64,000 bases of DNA from Histomonas meleagridis 2922-C6/04-290x (GCA_020184695.1 JAANOX010000011.1:372001-436000), one strand, 5' to 3'. Positions 44,251 to 56,365 are shown, counted from the first letter of the stretch. A program made the numbers and translations. The notes: generated from the sequence alone by a model not told the origin.

Positions 44251-44838
44251 ATGGCGAATGATGCAAACTCATTCAAAGTGATTTTAGTCGGTTCCAGTGG
44301 AGTTGGTAAAACTTCGCTAATCAGAGTTTATTTTGGTACTCCTTTTGAAAACCAAGAATCTTCAACAGTTGCACCGGCTTCTTTCATTACAACTATCACT
44401 CTTGGAAATGACCAAAAAATCAATTTACACATCTGGGACACCGCTGGGCAAGAGTGTTATCAAGCACTTTCTCAAACATTTTATCGCAATTCTAAAATTG
44501 CTTTAGTTTGCTATGATACCAAAAATGAGGAATCAATTGAAACATGGATATCAAGAGTTCGCGAGCAAGTTCCGGATTGTAAAATTTTATTAGTCACAAC
44601 AAAAGTAGATTTACTTACACAAGATCAACAGATTGATTGTGTATCCCGCGGAAATGATCATGTTAAACAATTTAACTGCTCTCTCCACTCAATGACTTCA
44701 GCAAGTTCTGGTTATGGCGTTCGAGAAATTTTTCTTGAAGCAGCAAAGATATGTAATAGTCTTGAAAAGCCAAAAGAAAACGAAGAAACAGTGAAATTGG
44801 AAGAAAATAATGAAAAGAAAGAAACAAAATGTTGCTAG
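44251..44838 (+). CDS. Divergent Rab GTPase
   Basis: GSSGVGKT, WDTAGQE, G4 TKVD, C-terminal CC. Confidence 0.9.
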   Translation: MANDANSFKVILVGSSGVGKTSLIRVYFGTPFENQESSTVAPASFITTITLGNDQKINLHIWDTAGQECYQALSQTFYRNSKIALVCYDTKNEESIETWISRVREQVPDCKILLVTTKVDLLTQDQQIDCVSRGNDHVKQFNCSLHSMTSASSGYGVREIFLEAAKICNSLEKPKENEETVKLEENNEKKETKCC

Positions 44839-45316
44839 TAAAGACTTTTTTATTAGTGCAAAAAATATTTTAAAACAATTTTCTTTCTTTCCTTAAAATT
44901 TTTCAAATTATACATTTACTAAACTTTAATATTTTTCAATGTTTATATGAAATGAGGATTTATGCTATTTGATTGTAATTGTTCTAGTTCAATTACGACA
45001 AATTAAAAAATAATAAACCTCAGCATATTCACTAATTTCATTCATAAAATAGAAGGAAATGAAGATGAAATAAATAAACCTAAACCAAAATTTTAGAAAA
45101 TGTTATTTATTTATCATGTGTTGAAGAAAGTTGTTATCTAACTAAATTTATTTGTAATACAGAGATCGAAATCTACTCATTTAAAAGATATCAAAGTGCT
45201 CAAAATCGAAATAAAGAGAATAAAAAAAATATTTACACTTTAAAGAATAAAACTATAATAAAATTCAAGATCTTGTTGAAATTCATAAAATATAATCTGA
45301 AATTATATATGCATAA

Positions 45317-46156
45317 ATCTATATCTATATCTATATCTATATCTATATCTATATCTATATCTATATCTATATCTATATCTATATCTATATCTATATCTAT
45401 ATCTATATCTATATCTATATCTATATCTATATCTATATCTATATCTATATCTATATCTATATCTATATCTATATCTATATCTATATCTATATCTATATCT
45501 ATATCTATATCTATATCTATATCTATATCTATATCTATATCTATATCTATATCTATATCTATATCTATATCTATATCTATATCTATATCTATATCTATAT
45601 CTATATCTATATCTATATCTATATCTATATCTATATCTATATCTATATCTATATCTATATCTATATCTATATCTATATCTATATCTATATCTATATCTAT
45701 ATCTATATCTATATCTATATCTATATCTATATCTATATCTATATCTATATCTATATCTATATCTATATCTATATCTATATCTATATCTATATCTATATCT
45801 ATATCTATATCTATATCTATATCTATATCTATATCTATATCTATATCTATATCTATATCTATATCTATATCTATATCTATATCTATATCTATATCTATAT
45901 CTATATCTATATCTATATCTATATCTATATCTATATCTATATCTATATCTATATCTATATCTATATCTATATCTATATCTATATCTATATCTATATCTAT
46001 ATCTATATCTATATCTATATCTATATCTATATCTATATCTATATCTATATCTATATCTATATCTATATCTATATCTATATCTATATCTATATCTATATCT
46101 ATATCTATATCTATATCTATATCTATATCTATATCTATATCTATATCTATATCTAT
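45317..46156. repeat. Perfect (ATCTAT)140 hexanucleotide microsatellite
   Basis: 840 nt of uninterrupted ATCTAT. Confidence 0.98.
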
Positions 46157-46303
46157 ATAAAATGATTAATTACTTTTTTAAAATCTCGAAAATCATCTAA
46201 AATACTAGTTCCATTGAATATTTATATTTAAAAAGTGGAACTGATTTTTTTGATTAATTATTTGGTCAAAGCGTTTTCCAATACAAAAAGTTGAGGTTGC
46301 AAC

Positions 46304-46915
46304 ATGTGCGAACACATCTTCTTTAAGGTTATTGGAGATAAATCTATTGGAAAAACATCGCTCCTTAGAAGTTACTTCAGCGGATATTTCCCAGACCCAA
46401 ATTATCCTCATAATCATCCTTTTACTAACGGAGAAGGTACCGAATTGATCAATTATCAGGGCAAACTATTTAGTGTTGCTGCGTGGGATGCTTATGAGGA
46501 AAAATTTTTTAGAAAAGTTGAACGGGAATCATACAGAGATTACCATGTCATTGTTATTTGCTTTTCACTTGTTTCACCAAAATCACTTGATAATGTATAT
46601 AGCTTCTGGATCAATGAGATAAAAAGCATCAGAAGCTATATACCTTATATCTTGGTAGGTTTAAAAAGTGATCTTCGTGATGAATATTTTATTAATTCAA
46701 AAGCAAAATTAGAAGATGATTGTTGTCCCATTCCAACATATAAAGGCGAAGAAGTGAAACAAGTTATTGGCGCAAAACGTTATGTCGAATGTTCAGCGTT
46801 GACAAGAAATAATTTGGATGAATTTTTTAATTCAGTTGTGGACGTATATTTTGAAAAGCACAGACTGGTTCGTGTAGAACCACAAAACACTCATAAAGTA
46901 TGCGAAGTATTTTAA
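46304..46915 (+). CDS. Divergent Rho/Rac-family GTPase
   Basis: GDKSIGKTSLL, VICFSLVSPKSLDNV..W, ILVGLKSDLR with Rho insert, YVECSALT; G3 degenerate (WDAYEE). Confidence 0.85.
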   Translation: MCEHIFFKVIGDKSIGKTSLLRSYFSGYFPDPNYPHNHPFTNGEGTELINYQGKLFSVAAWDAYEEKFFRKVERESYRDYHVIVICFSLVSPKSLDNVYSFWINEIKSIRSYIPYILVGLKSDLRDEYFINSKAKLEDDCCPIPTYKGEEVKQVIGAKRYVECSALTRNNLDEFFNSVVDVYFEKHRLVRVEPQNTHKVCEVF

Positions 46916-46989
46916 TATGTGTAAAATTAAATTTCTTTAAACTGTTTTTGACTTCCACTAAACAAATACACAATTCCCAAATTTCGATA

Positions 46990-47260
46990 TATCGCCTGAT
47001 TTTACAATAATGTAATGTCATTTGTGGATAAAGATTTGTTAATCACCAAATACATAAAAGTTACCAATATTAATTATTTAATTGGATGTACTGATTTAGC
47101 AGTTTCCTCAAGCCATTCAAACGATTTAGCAGTGTCTTTCTTAACAAAGCTCATTGTTGTTACTCTTCAAGATAGAAATTACCATTTTGAATCATAACAA
47201 AGGGATTTCTATCCTTTATTGCAATCATAAAATGAACAAATGACCATTTGACATGATATT
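46990..47260 (-). pseudogene. Degenerate Sel1-like repeat remnant
   Basis: Broken frames IQNGNFYLEE, VKKDTAKSFEWLEETAK and IGNFYVFGD resemble Sel1 repeats. Confidence 0.35.
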
Positions 47261-47562
47261 TGCTTTATGAGCTTGCACTAAAGATAATTTTTATTCGAAA
47301 TATATCATGAATTCTCTTTATGGAGATAAACTTAGAAAGATTATGACACCATCTTTATCATTCTTATTCAATATTGCAAATTAAAAATACTCATTTTTAA
47401 TTAAACAAAAATCGCTACAGATTGTTTTTTAATATGCTATGATTATTCATTGCATTATTATGAAATATTCCTTGCAGACGCATGTGGAGAAATTATATTT
47501 TGCCTTGATTCAAAAAGTGCACATTTGGCGGCTAACGATAATTTTTGTTTTAAAGCGTTTCA

Positions 47563-47844
47563 ATGTCTTCTCCAGCTCTTCTTGCATTTGCTCAAAAGGA
47601 TCAGAACGAAGGGGGCAACGACACAATTTGCAAATATCTTTACGGGACTGGATTTACAGTTGACGAAGTTAAAAATTGGGGAAAAATTGGTTCTTTAATT
47701 GAAGCTTTAAATGAAGATGATGACCAACCTTGTCATGGAAAAATCCTTGGTGATGAGTTTATAGAGTTTGTTGCAAACCTTCCCCCAGGAAATACACCTC
47801 GTCCAATTATCAGACATCAAATGCAACGCCCACCACCTATTTGA
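47563..47844 (+). CDS. Small hypothetical protein (93 aa)
   Basis: ATG-initiated ORF, relatively GC-rich, normal composition. Confidence 0.6.
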   Translation: MSSPALLAFAQKDQNEGGNDTICKYLYGTGFTVDEVKNWGKIGSLIEALNEDDDQPCHGKILGDEFIEFVANLPPGNTPRPIIRHQMQRPPPI

Positions 47845-49013
47845 AAATGTTATTATATTAAATAAATGAAAGCTGTGGAGAATATTTTTTTTTCAGCAAC
47901 AAAAGTTTATTTTTTAAAGTTTCGAATCAAAATTGCGAATTTTTATAACAATATATCCTTAAAGGAAAACATCTTGTAACAAAAATAATACTTTGTTTAA
48001 GGGAAAATTATTTATCTAGAAATATTTGTGATTCAGAAAAAAATATTATTATCATAAAATTTAAAAACATACAACATTTCAACAGAACATTCTTCAGATG
48101 GCTATTTTAAAATCGCCGATAATGTCTAAAAGTGTTAATAAAGGAAGAAAATTTCAATTTGAAGATCACCTTTTTGTTGAAACTATTAAATGCCAATACA
48201 ACTTTCCCTCAATATGGCTTTTGGTGGAGTTCCTTTTTCCTCATGAAATAAGTTTTCTTTGAGTAAATTACTTTAAAAAACATTAAAATGTTTCTATTAC
48301 ATAATACATCCAAGCAAGTAATTGTTGAAAATGAAAATCAGGTGAAAAGAATAAAAAATTTAGATATTGAACATTATACAGAATTGCAAATTTAGTAAAA
48401 AAAAATAATTACAATAGGGATTATTTCTAGTTTGTTAAAGAATGTTAGTATATATTAATATGATATTTGAGAAAATTATTGAAATTAAATTGATGGATAT
48501 TGTAAAATAAATATATTTTTCAAAAAAACAGATATAACAATAATCTTTACCTTATCATAAGAAAAATAAAACACTTGAAGTATATAAAAATATTTAATGT
48601 TCGGAAATATTTGAATTATTTGTAGTTTATTTCTAAATTTTTTCAAAAAGTTTAAAAGCCTTACTGAATGCAAATTTTTTTAAATGAGATAAATAAATGA
48701 TTTACCTCTGGTTTCGAAGAAAATTTTATTGGATGAAATCCATCAGAAACCGTTATTTGGCAGCCAAAAACAATGAGGTTTACAACGACCACTAAACTAC
48801 AGAAAAAGTCGAGATAAAAGTAAGTTCTTAAGAACGATAAATTTGTTCTGCGGTATTTTGGGGAGTTTTGGAAAAGAAAAAAGATTTTTTTTCGAGAATA
48901 TTCTAAGAAAATTGAGTGACATTCAATTACATGTGACGAGAAATAGCATCATTGTTCCCATTGAAAAATTGAATGGCAACAATTTTTTTGAAGTAATCGC
49001 TTCATTTTTTAGA

Positions 49014-51743
49014 ATGTTTCTCTCATTCTTAGCTTTTGCTTATACGATTGAGCTCGCTAATGTAAATGTTAATCCTCAAGAAGCAGCAGCTAAGATTTTA
49101 ACAATCATATCAGGTGTCTTAGGAAAGAAATACACTGTATCTGAATTCATCAAGGCATTAGAGCTTCCAGCTGAGGAAACTCAATTTATCTTAAGTAATA
49201 TTACATACTATGCAAATTATCTCAAGATAGATGCTAATTTAGGCTCATTAGTTGAACTTGATGATAATTATCGTATATTAATTAAAGGTGTTGAAAGATT
49301 ACTCTTTTCAAATAACAACAAGAAAGTAACATATGGAAAATTAGCACTTGCATTTCTTGGAGGATCAATCTCGACTAAACTTCCATATATCAATGGTGAT
49401 GAGATTGATTTAGGTGGTTTTGATGCAGAGTTTAGCATTGGTCTTAGTGCAATCAAAGATTTATTAGGAGCCTTTAGTGATCTTGATAAATATTTTGATA
49501 TGCTTGAAAAGGATATTATCCCACTTGTTGATTCATTATTCAAAGCACTTAACATGAACAAATGCTCCTTATTAAATCTTTATAATCAAATCATTGATGG
49601 AGGATGGAATTTCCATTCATTACTCAAAGACAATTTACAACTTGATTTAAGTAATATTTATGATCACATTTGTTTAGTATTACATGTCTTTGAAGGATCA
49701 CATTATTCAGAACAAATCACACCCAAGTACATTCATGAGAAATTCATTTCTAAAGATTCATCAAAGCTTACACACTTATTCGAAATATATCAAAAATTCA
49801 GTCAAGTTGATTCAACCAAATTTGAAGCATCATTACTTTGGGATGGATTATTCACAGGCATTGATTATCTTAAGGATTTATACTTCTATGTTAAGGACAC
49901 ATTATTAGGCGTTAACTTTAAGAACTTATTCCAATATCATATCGATTCACTTAATGGATTACGTAAAGTTCCAATTGCTACAACATGCACAAACTTAATT
50001 GCTTTCTTAGACTTGTTCACAAACATTGAAAGCGATCCAAGTAAAGTTGTTTATCAATTGTTTGATAATCCATTTTATCATAATGCTACAATCTTCATTA
50101 AGAACAAGCTTAAGCCATTCTTCCAAGAGTTTTCAACAAACACAAAGAATTTAATCGAATTAGTTTCCAAGCATTTCGAAGTTCCAGTTGAAGAAGTTAC
50201 ATTTTACATTAACTTAATCAAGAATTGTACATCTAATAAGGTTGGAGTCTTAGATATATTCCAAGGATTCGCAATATTCTTAAAGAATCAAACATTAATT
50301 GATATTTCTAATTACATTAATGAAGCACGTGCAATTGCACCAAATTATGACTTGAACTATAACCTTAAACAAATATTCAACTTAATTCAAGAGAAATATC
50401 ATGACGAGAAATCATTACAATATTATAACTTAATTGTTAATACTATTAAAGAATTCGCTAACCCTGAAAAGTCTATTGGTCAATTATCATTAGTATCATT
50501 CATTAATCATACGAAAGATTTCAATGATTCAACTATAGCTTATGGTCAAAAGCGTGCTGAACAACTCTTAACTAACACTACAAAGATCCAACTTAATGAA
50601 GGTATTGTTAACTTCTTAAAGGAAGCAATTCCTTATATCGATGGATTCAGAACTAAATCAGTTAAACAATATCTTAAAGAAATCGGCAAAACCGCTGAAG
50701 TTGAAGAGGTTACAAAAAGTGGCGAAGTTATATTAAATTATGTTTATCCATTTATCATTAATATTTCAAAGACATTCAAAGTTGAATTATTGACCAAATA
50801 TGTTTTAGATGATGTATTGAAATTACAAGAAGTTGGTAAATTACTTAAGGACACAGACTTTAACCTTAAAGAAGCATTGAATTTATATTATAATAACTTA
50901 GGTGACATCTTAGATATCATTTCCCCAGTTGTTGTTGAATTATCTAACCAATCACCAATAATGCAAATCCTTAAAGCAATTCCAGTTGATTTCATTAACA
51001 TTGAAGAATCATTTAAACAATTTATCAACACTAAAGTACTTTCTGTATATCATGGATCACAATGTCTCATTGATTCTGGCGATAAAGCAACTGATATTAA
51101 GCTTAGAGCTTCTGAATTAGTTCCAGTTTACCGCATATTCGATGCTTCTTATGCTTTATCAGCCTTCAACAATCCATCAATCGCAGACGAAATCGAATTA
51201 TGTCAATTTGGATTAGCATTAAATTATGATCTCTCATTTGTTAAACTTATCACTTACACTATCAACCTTTTGGATAAGACTTCATGCCGTAACTTCATCG
51301 AAAACGTATTAAATTATTTGACTTTCGATGGAGCATTTTGGGATCAATGGATAGGTCGAGCTCATGTTGCATTCGATAGTGCTGCTAACCAAAAGGACAT
51401 TGACTTCTCCTTACCTGACGATAAGGAAACGCGTGATCCTGATCCAGAATACAAGCCAGCGACTGAAGAATGCAATTTCGAAGTCGTTCATTACACAAAC
51501 GATAATGTAATTCAAAGAATTATGAGAAAAGTGGCAAGTGCATTAGGTTTGAAATATGGCGACAAAAATGATAATAATAAGATTTATATCATTATCGGCT
51601 CTGTTGCTTCAGCTTTCGTCGTAGTTATTGCAGTCATTGTAATTGCTGTAATTAGGAGGAAGAAGAATAACGAAGAACAATTTGAAGAAATTAATAACAA
51701 TTCGTTACTTGCTAATCAAGACAATGAACAAAAATTAGTCTGA
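49014..51743 (+). CDS. Large single-pass type I surface protein of unknown family
   Basis: Signal-like MFLSFLAFAYT at 49014 with Inr TCATT 7 nt upstream; C-terminal TM IYIIIGSVASAFVVVIAVIVIAVI-RRKK. Confidence 0.85.
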   Translation: MFLSFLAFAYTIELANVNVNPQEAAAKILTIISGVLGKKYTVSEFIKALELPAEETQFILSNITYYANYLKIDANLGSLVELDDNYRILIKGVERLLFSNNNKKVTYGKLALAFLGGSISTKLPYINGDEIDLGGFDAEFSIGLSAIKDLLGAFSDLDKYFDMLEKDIIPLVDSLFKALNMNKCSLLNLYNQIIDGGWNFHSLLKDNLQLDLSNIYDHICLVLHVFEGSHYSEQITPKYIHEKFISKDSSKLTHLFEIYQKFSQVDSTKFEASLLWDGLFTGIDYLKDLYFYVKDTLLGVNFKNLFQYHIDSLNGLRKVPIATTCTNLIAFLDLFTNIESDPSKVVYQLFDNPFYHNATIFIKNKLKPFFQEFSTNTKNLIELVSKHFEVPVEEVTFYINLIKNCTSNKVGVLDIFQGFAIFLKNQTLIDISNYINEARAIAPNYDLNYNLKQIFNLIQEKYHDEKSLQYYNLIVNTIKEFANPEKSIGQLSLVSFINHTKDFNDSTIAYGQKRAEQLLTNTTKIQLNEGIVNFLKEAIPYIDGFRTKSVKQYLKEIGKTAEVEEVTKSGEVILNYVYPFIINISKTFKVELLTKYVLDDVLKLQEVGKLLKDTDFNLKEALNLYYNNLGDILDIISPVVVELSNQSPIMQILKAIPVDFINIEESFKQFINTKVLSVYHGSQCLIDSGDKATDIKLRASELVPVYRIFDASYALSAFNNPSIADEIELCQFGLALNYDLSFVKLITYTINLLDKTSCRNFIENVLNYLTFDGAFWDQWIGRAHVAFDSAANQKDIDFSLPDDKETRDPDPEYKPATEECNFEVVHYTNDNVIQRIMRKVASALGLKYGDKNDNNKIYIIIGSVASAFVVVIAVIVIAVIRRKKNNEEQFEEINNNSLLANQDNEQKLV

Positions 51744-52896
51744 GCTAAGCGTTAATTTAGTAAACTATCTGAGAAGTAAATTCTTACGCGTAATTAGAAT
51801 GAATTGACTTTTTTTCAAATGATTTTCAGGCGGTTTTGTTACACTCAATGTTGTGATGGATTATTTACAGATTCTGGAAGTTCATCGCTAACTTCTTTGT
51901 CAACACATTGCACATTATGATGCATTTAGGAATGTTGCTATTCCATTAATTTCACCAAGTATTACTCTGGATTTCTCTACTGCCATAACAATTAGAAAAT
52001 TTTTTTATATTGTCAATAAAGTTTATAAATGTTTATACAAAGATAAAGTTACGACACATATAGTATCTTTGATCACAAACGTTAAAAAATATAACTTTGC
52101 TGAATTTCAAAATAAATGCAAAGATAAAATATTGATATAAAAATAGTATCAGACGATGGAATTAAAGAAGCAAATCCACTTCCACAGTATGGCTCAATAA
52201 AGACCCCCATGAGCAAAGCGATTTATTTAATTACGGATTTAAATTATTTGCACAAAGCAATATATATCATTATTGAAGAATCACGAAAAGAATTTGTATT
52301 AAGCGCGGAAAGTTCTTATGAAATGTTCCAAAGATTATCAAACTTAACAGACTTAACATAAGAAATCATAATATATGATATTAATCAATTTCATCAAAGC
52401 TAAATGAAACAATTTATATTGTATGAAATATTTAAACAAAAAGCCAAACAAAAAATAAAGGAAATTTTTAACAAAGAAATTAAAAAATATTCAAATGATT
52501 TCAAAACTATAATTAAAGATGAAAAAAGGAAAAAATCAAAACATTTGATGAAAATACAAATAAGAAATATAATGATTTCATCCAGAAGGAAAATGTTTAA
52601 TTGTTTATGACTTAAATGGTGAAGAAGGAAAATTAGAAGGACAATTAGGAACAATTGGTGACAATAACTTTGTATATCTTTAACAACCTCCAAACTTATT
52701 CATGCCTAATAAGAAAGCATTTATTTAATGGTCGACCTCTAAATCAGAAAGATATTTCTTATATTCGTATTTCCAACAATGTTCATTAAATTCCTGGAAA
52801 ATCACTAATCAAATATTATATTTATACGCACAATGGCCTCCATTAGTCCTCAATTAGGAATTTCACAATTACAAAACCTAAAGCACAATTTCGAGA

Positions 52897-53181
52897 ATGG
52901 AGCACTCACCAACTATGTCTATGCCAAAGAACACACTAAACAGTGACATAACACTATATGCTGATTTCTATATAGAAGATTTAGTTATGGATGGTGGAAA
53001 TAGTGAAAAGTATAAAGGAAAAACAGTTTGGGTAAAGGGAATTACTCCATCAACAAAAGAAAGTAATTGGGAACCACTTAAATCTGATCCTAAAATTAAA
53101 GTATATCCGTGGAAACTCGGATATGATTGGTGGGATGTTGCGAAGTCTCAACCATACGATGGTGGTATTGATTCCGCTTAG
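52897..53181 (+). CDS. Hypothetical 94-aa protein or fragment
   Basis: ATG-initiated Trp-rich ORF, no family recognised. Confidence 0.4.
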   Translation: MEHSPTMSMPKNTLNSDITLYADFYIEDLVMDGGNSEKYKGKTVWVKGITPSTKESNWEPLKSDPKIKVYPWKLGYDWWDVAKSQPYDGGIDSA

Positions 53182-53254
53182 TTTTTAGTGGTTTCTTTGA
53201 TTTCAACAATAAAAAAAAATAAATAAAAATTCAATATTTTACATACATAAACCA

Positions 53255-54583
53255 TTAATTTTCCATTTGAAGGAATTCAATAGCCAAATTTGAAATTTGT
53301 TCGTTTTGTAAACTTGACAATTCTTCAAACGTTTTCTGTACCATATCGTTCAAGAACATACTTCTGAAAGTTTCTGAATCGCCCACAACCTGCAAGGTTA
53401 TACAATACATTTTTAATATTGAAAATATCAACAAACAAATTGGTGCAGCCACATTTGGTTGCATTTGTACCAATAAAATGATATCAATTTGTTTGATAAT
53501 TTCATACTTTTCTTTAATTGAACAATTGCATATTAAAGACCGTAAAATTCCAACACATTGTAGCTTCATTTCAAACGAAGCATTTTCGAGTGCATTTCTT
53601 AAGTATTGAACCAAATTTCCAAGATTGATTAAAACTTCAGCACTTTCTGGAAACTTATTCAAATATGCGCTTATAAATTGCGCTGATTTTAGCTGAGCAC
53701 AGCTATATGTTCCCATTAAATCGATGATAGAAAGGATATCAACATTATCGCATATCTCATTACCATACAAAAGTTGCTCAAGAACACACAAAGTGTCAAA
53801 AACTATGGTTGGGGAATCATTAGAAAGAAAAAAATTAAGATGTGGAATTATTTGATGACTTGAGATAAATCTGGGCCAAATAGAACCTTTAATGGCAATG
53901 TAACGAATACAACGTAGAGATCGTTCGTAAAGATATCGTATTTTGTAATGGAAAACTTTTATTGTTAATGATATTATATCTTCAGCATATTCTTGATTAA
54001 GAGTTTTGATAGAATATGTGAGGTTAGTAAGACAATTAAAGCATTGCTGTTGAATTTGTTCAATATTAAGAGTGGTAATGATTTGAATTAAATATTTATA
54101 ATTGATATTACTGAAAATAGAAAGAGTAAATCGCTTGGATTTGGTAGTAAGCTCAGTTAGAAGATTAAGTAAGTGTGATAAAATATGAAGGTTGTTTGTT
54201 GTAATAAATTGTGCAAGAATGTTCACCAGTTCCATTAAGTAACTTGATTTGGAAGAATCTGAAAAATAAACTATAGGAAATAAACACCTCATTACTCCGA
54301 GAGTTATTTCTTCACTTTGAGAATTGATCAAGATGTTTAATAAAGAATGAAATATTGAAATTTCATCATTAGATGTAAAAGTAATATGAGCAAATGCAAA
54401 ATGAATATGTAGGACACTTAGCATATCAGTGGTTACATTTTGTGGTGTTTCTGCTAAAATTTTGGCATACTTATGAAATTTTTCAAAAGGTAAAATAAAT
54501 GCTTGAGGAACAGTGGAAGCTTGTAGCACTCGACTTGCAATATGTAGATTCTTTAATTGTGTATAATTTTCTTTTGGAAGCAT
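53255..54583 (-). CDS. Hypothetical ARM/HEAT-like helical protein
   Basis: 442-aa helical ORF (CFNCLTNLT, SLRCIRYI, TLCVLEQL). Confidence 0.65.
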   Translation of the reverse strand: MLPKENYTQLKNLHIASRVLQASTVPQAFILPFEKFHKYAKILAETPQNVTTDMLSVLHIHFAFAHITFTSNDEISIFHSLLNILINSQSEEITLGVMRCLFPIVYFSDSSKSSYLMELVNILAQFITTNNLHILSHLLNLLTELTTKSKRFTLSIFSNINYKYLIQIITTLNIEQIQQQCFNCLTNLTYSIKTLNQEYAEDIISLTIKVFHYKIRYLYERSLRCIRYIAIKGSIWPRFISSHQIIPHLNFFLSNDSPTIVFDTLCVLEQLLYGNEICDNVDILSIIDLMGTYSCAQLKSAQFISAYLNKFPESAEVLINLGNLVQYLRNALENASFEMKLQCVGILRSLICNCSIKEKYEIIKQIDIILLVQMQPNVAAPICLLIFSILKMYCITLQVVGDSETFRSMFLNDMVQKTFEELSSLQNEQISNLAIEFLQMEN

Positions 54584-54805
54584 TTATTGTATACCTACAG
54601 GCCTTGATGAAGATTTAACGGTTTCGAGGATACCCCAATTGAACTCAAAATCTAATCGTTTTCAATTGAAAACAACAAATTCTCTAAAATGAAATTTTTA
54701 AAATTCTCTATAGCGACAAATACTTTAAAATTTTAAACTGCCTATAAACCCAAACATTAAAAATATTTTACACAACAAAACAACAAAAAATTCTGACAAT
54801 TAGCT

Positions 54806-56365
54806 CTAACCCGCAATCATAGCCTTAATGTAGTCATTCTTTGCAATCTCATCCAAAACAGGCCTTGCTCCAGGATCCCTCTCCAAGCACAGCGTAATAA
54901 AATTTTTTGCTGCATCGGATACTTTTGTACCTTGTGGAAACACAACTTTCCCGCTCATTCTATCCATTTGTGCAGCAAATGTCTGTTGTGATACTTCTTC
55001 TCCGAATGGCCTCTGTCCATATAACATTTCATAGAAAATGATTCCAAGTGACCAAGTATCAACTGCTGACGTTATAAGCACCGATTTCCCCTTTTGGAAT
55101 GTTTCTGGCGCTGCATAATAATATGTTCCTGTTCCTTGTGATGTAAGTTCAATTGCACTTTCATCATGTTCGCGAACCTTTGAAAGACCAAAATCTGTTA
55201 TCTTGGCAACACCATCACTATTGAAGATGATATTTCCAGGTTTAAGGTCATAATGGATAACTGAATTTTCTTTTGCCCGTAGTGCCAAAAGTCCTTGAAT
55301 TACCTGAACAAGAATAGACTTTGCTTCTTTCTCTGGAATTTTCCCACGTTTTCTTATTAACTCTGCAAGATCTCCACCTGAACAATATTCCATAACAAGA
55401 GCAACTGTATCATTTCCTATATAAAAGTAGCCATAATAAGAAACAACATTTTCATGCTGTGTAGAACGAAGGATTTCGATTTCACGGCCGCTGTGACGAA
55501 TAAAATTTGCTTTCGCGCTTTGGGACCACTGCGGGTCCATCCTCTGAATTTTGACGGCGACGGTTTTGACGTCTTTGATGTCCAATCCGAGCCAAACTTC
55601 GGAGAATCCGCCGCGACCAATGTACTCTACAAGAAGGTATCTTCCGTCGTCAAGGTACTGGTTTGGATGGAACTCTGAAAGGGACTTGTCATTTTCAAGC
55701 CTAATTTGATAGGCATAATTCTTTCGTTCTTCTTCAAGTTGGCGAAGTATTTGTTTCTTTTCTTTGAGACTTGCCATAAGATTAGACTTTTTTTGTTGGA
55801 GATTCTGTGATATGGTTTTTTCTGTTTTCTTGATATCGTCGATTTCTTTGATTTGTCGATTAATGAGTTCAATTTCACGTTCGGTTCGCATGAAATCTAT
55901 ACCACCATGCCATCGAGCTGTTCCATTTAAATATGTTGTAATACTTCCAAGTTTTTGTTGACGTTGAATTAATTCCATCGAAGTTATTTCTTCATTTAAT
56001 GTAGTATATTTCGAAACATATTGTACAAGGCAATCCTTCATTCGAGTAAACTTATTTTCATACTCTTCACGAAGTTCTTTTTCAACCTGAGAGCGAATTG
56101 CTATTTCATCAATTTTTTTATGGTCCTCATTTGTTTTATTATTTCTTTGTATGTTTTTTAATAATTTGTTTGGAATTTGTGACTCTATATTAATTTCAGA
56201 TTGAGATCTATGAAATTTAATTGAGTCAGAAGTAGTCGCATGACTTGAATTTGAATCATGTTGCTGATTTGATGCATTGCTATCAAAGTTATCATTGCCA
56301 GCAAGCCTAAGCTTTAGTAAATTGATTCTGTCTTTTGGTGAGTAGTCAATTCCCTTTGAACTCAT
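54806..56365 (-). CDS. TLK: Tousled-like kinase
   Basis: N-terminal coiled coil, then RYLLVEYIGRGGFSEVW, FIRHSGREIEI, IHYDLKPGN, ELTSQGTGTYYYAAPE, YGQRPFG, all TLK-type. Confidence 0.88.
   Translation of the reverse strand: MSSKGIDYSPKDRINLLKLRLAGNDNFDSNASNQQHDSNSSHATTSDSIKFHRSQSEINIESQIPNKLLKNIQRNNKTNEDHKKIDEIAIRSQVEKELREEYENKFTRMKDCLVQYVSKYTTLNEEITSMELIQRQQKLGSITTYLNGTARWHGGIDFMRTEREIELINRQIKEIDDIKKTEKTISQNLQQKKSNLMASLKEKKQILRQLEEERKNYAYQIRLENDKSLSEFHPNQYLDDGRYLLVEYIGRGGFSEVWLGLDIKDVKTVAVKIQRMDPQWSQSAKANFIRHSGREIEILRSTQHENVVSYYGYFYIGNDTVALVMEYCSGGDLAELIRKRGKIPEKEAKSILVQVIQGLLALRAKENSVIHYDLKPGNIIFNSDGVAKITDFGLSKVREHDESAIELTSQGTGTYYYAAPETFQKGKSVLITSAVDTWSLGIIFYEMLYGQRPFGEEVSQQTFAAQMDRMSGKVVFPQGTKVSDAAKNFITLCLERDPGARPVLDEIAKNDYIKAMIAG

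Noticed and set aside
45273-46160. 295-aa (IS)n ORF
   Set aside because: Artefact of the (ATCTAT)n microsatellite.
48060-48300. Possible kinase-like remnant on the minus strand
   Set aside because: Too fragmentary; no intact motif could be read with confidence.
51800-52700. Short ORFs 52400-52693 and 52404-52610 and coding-like fragments
   Set aside because: Low-complexity and stop-riddled with no recognisable family; possibly a decayed gene but unsupported.
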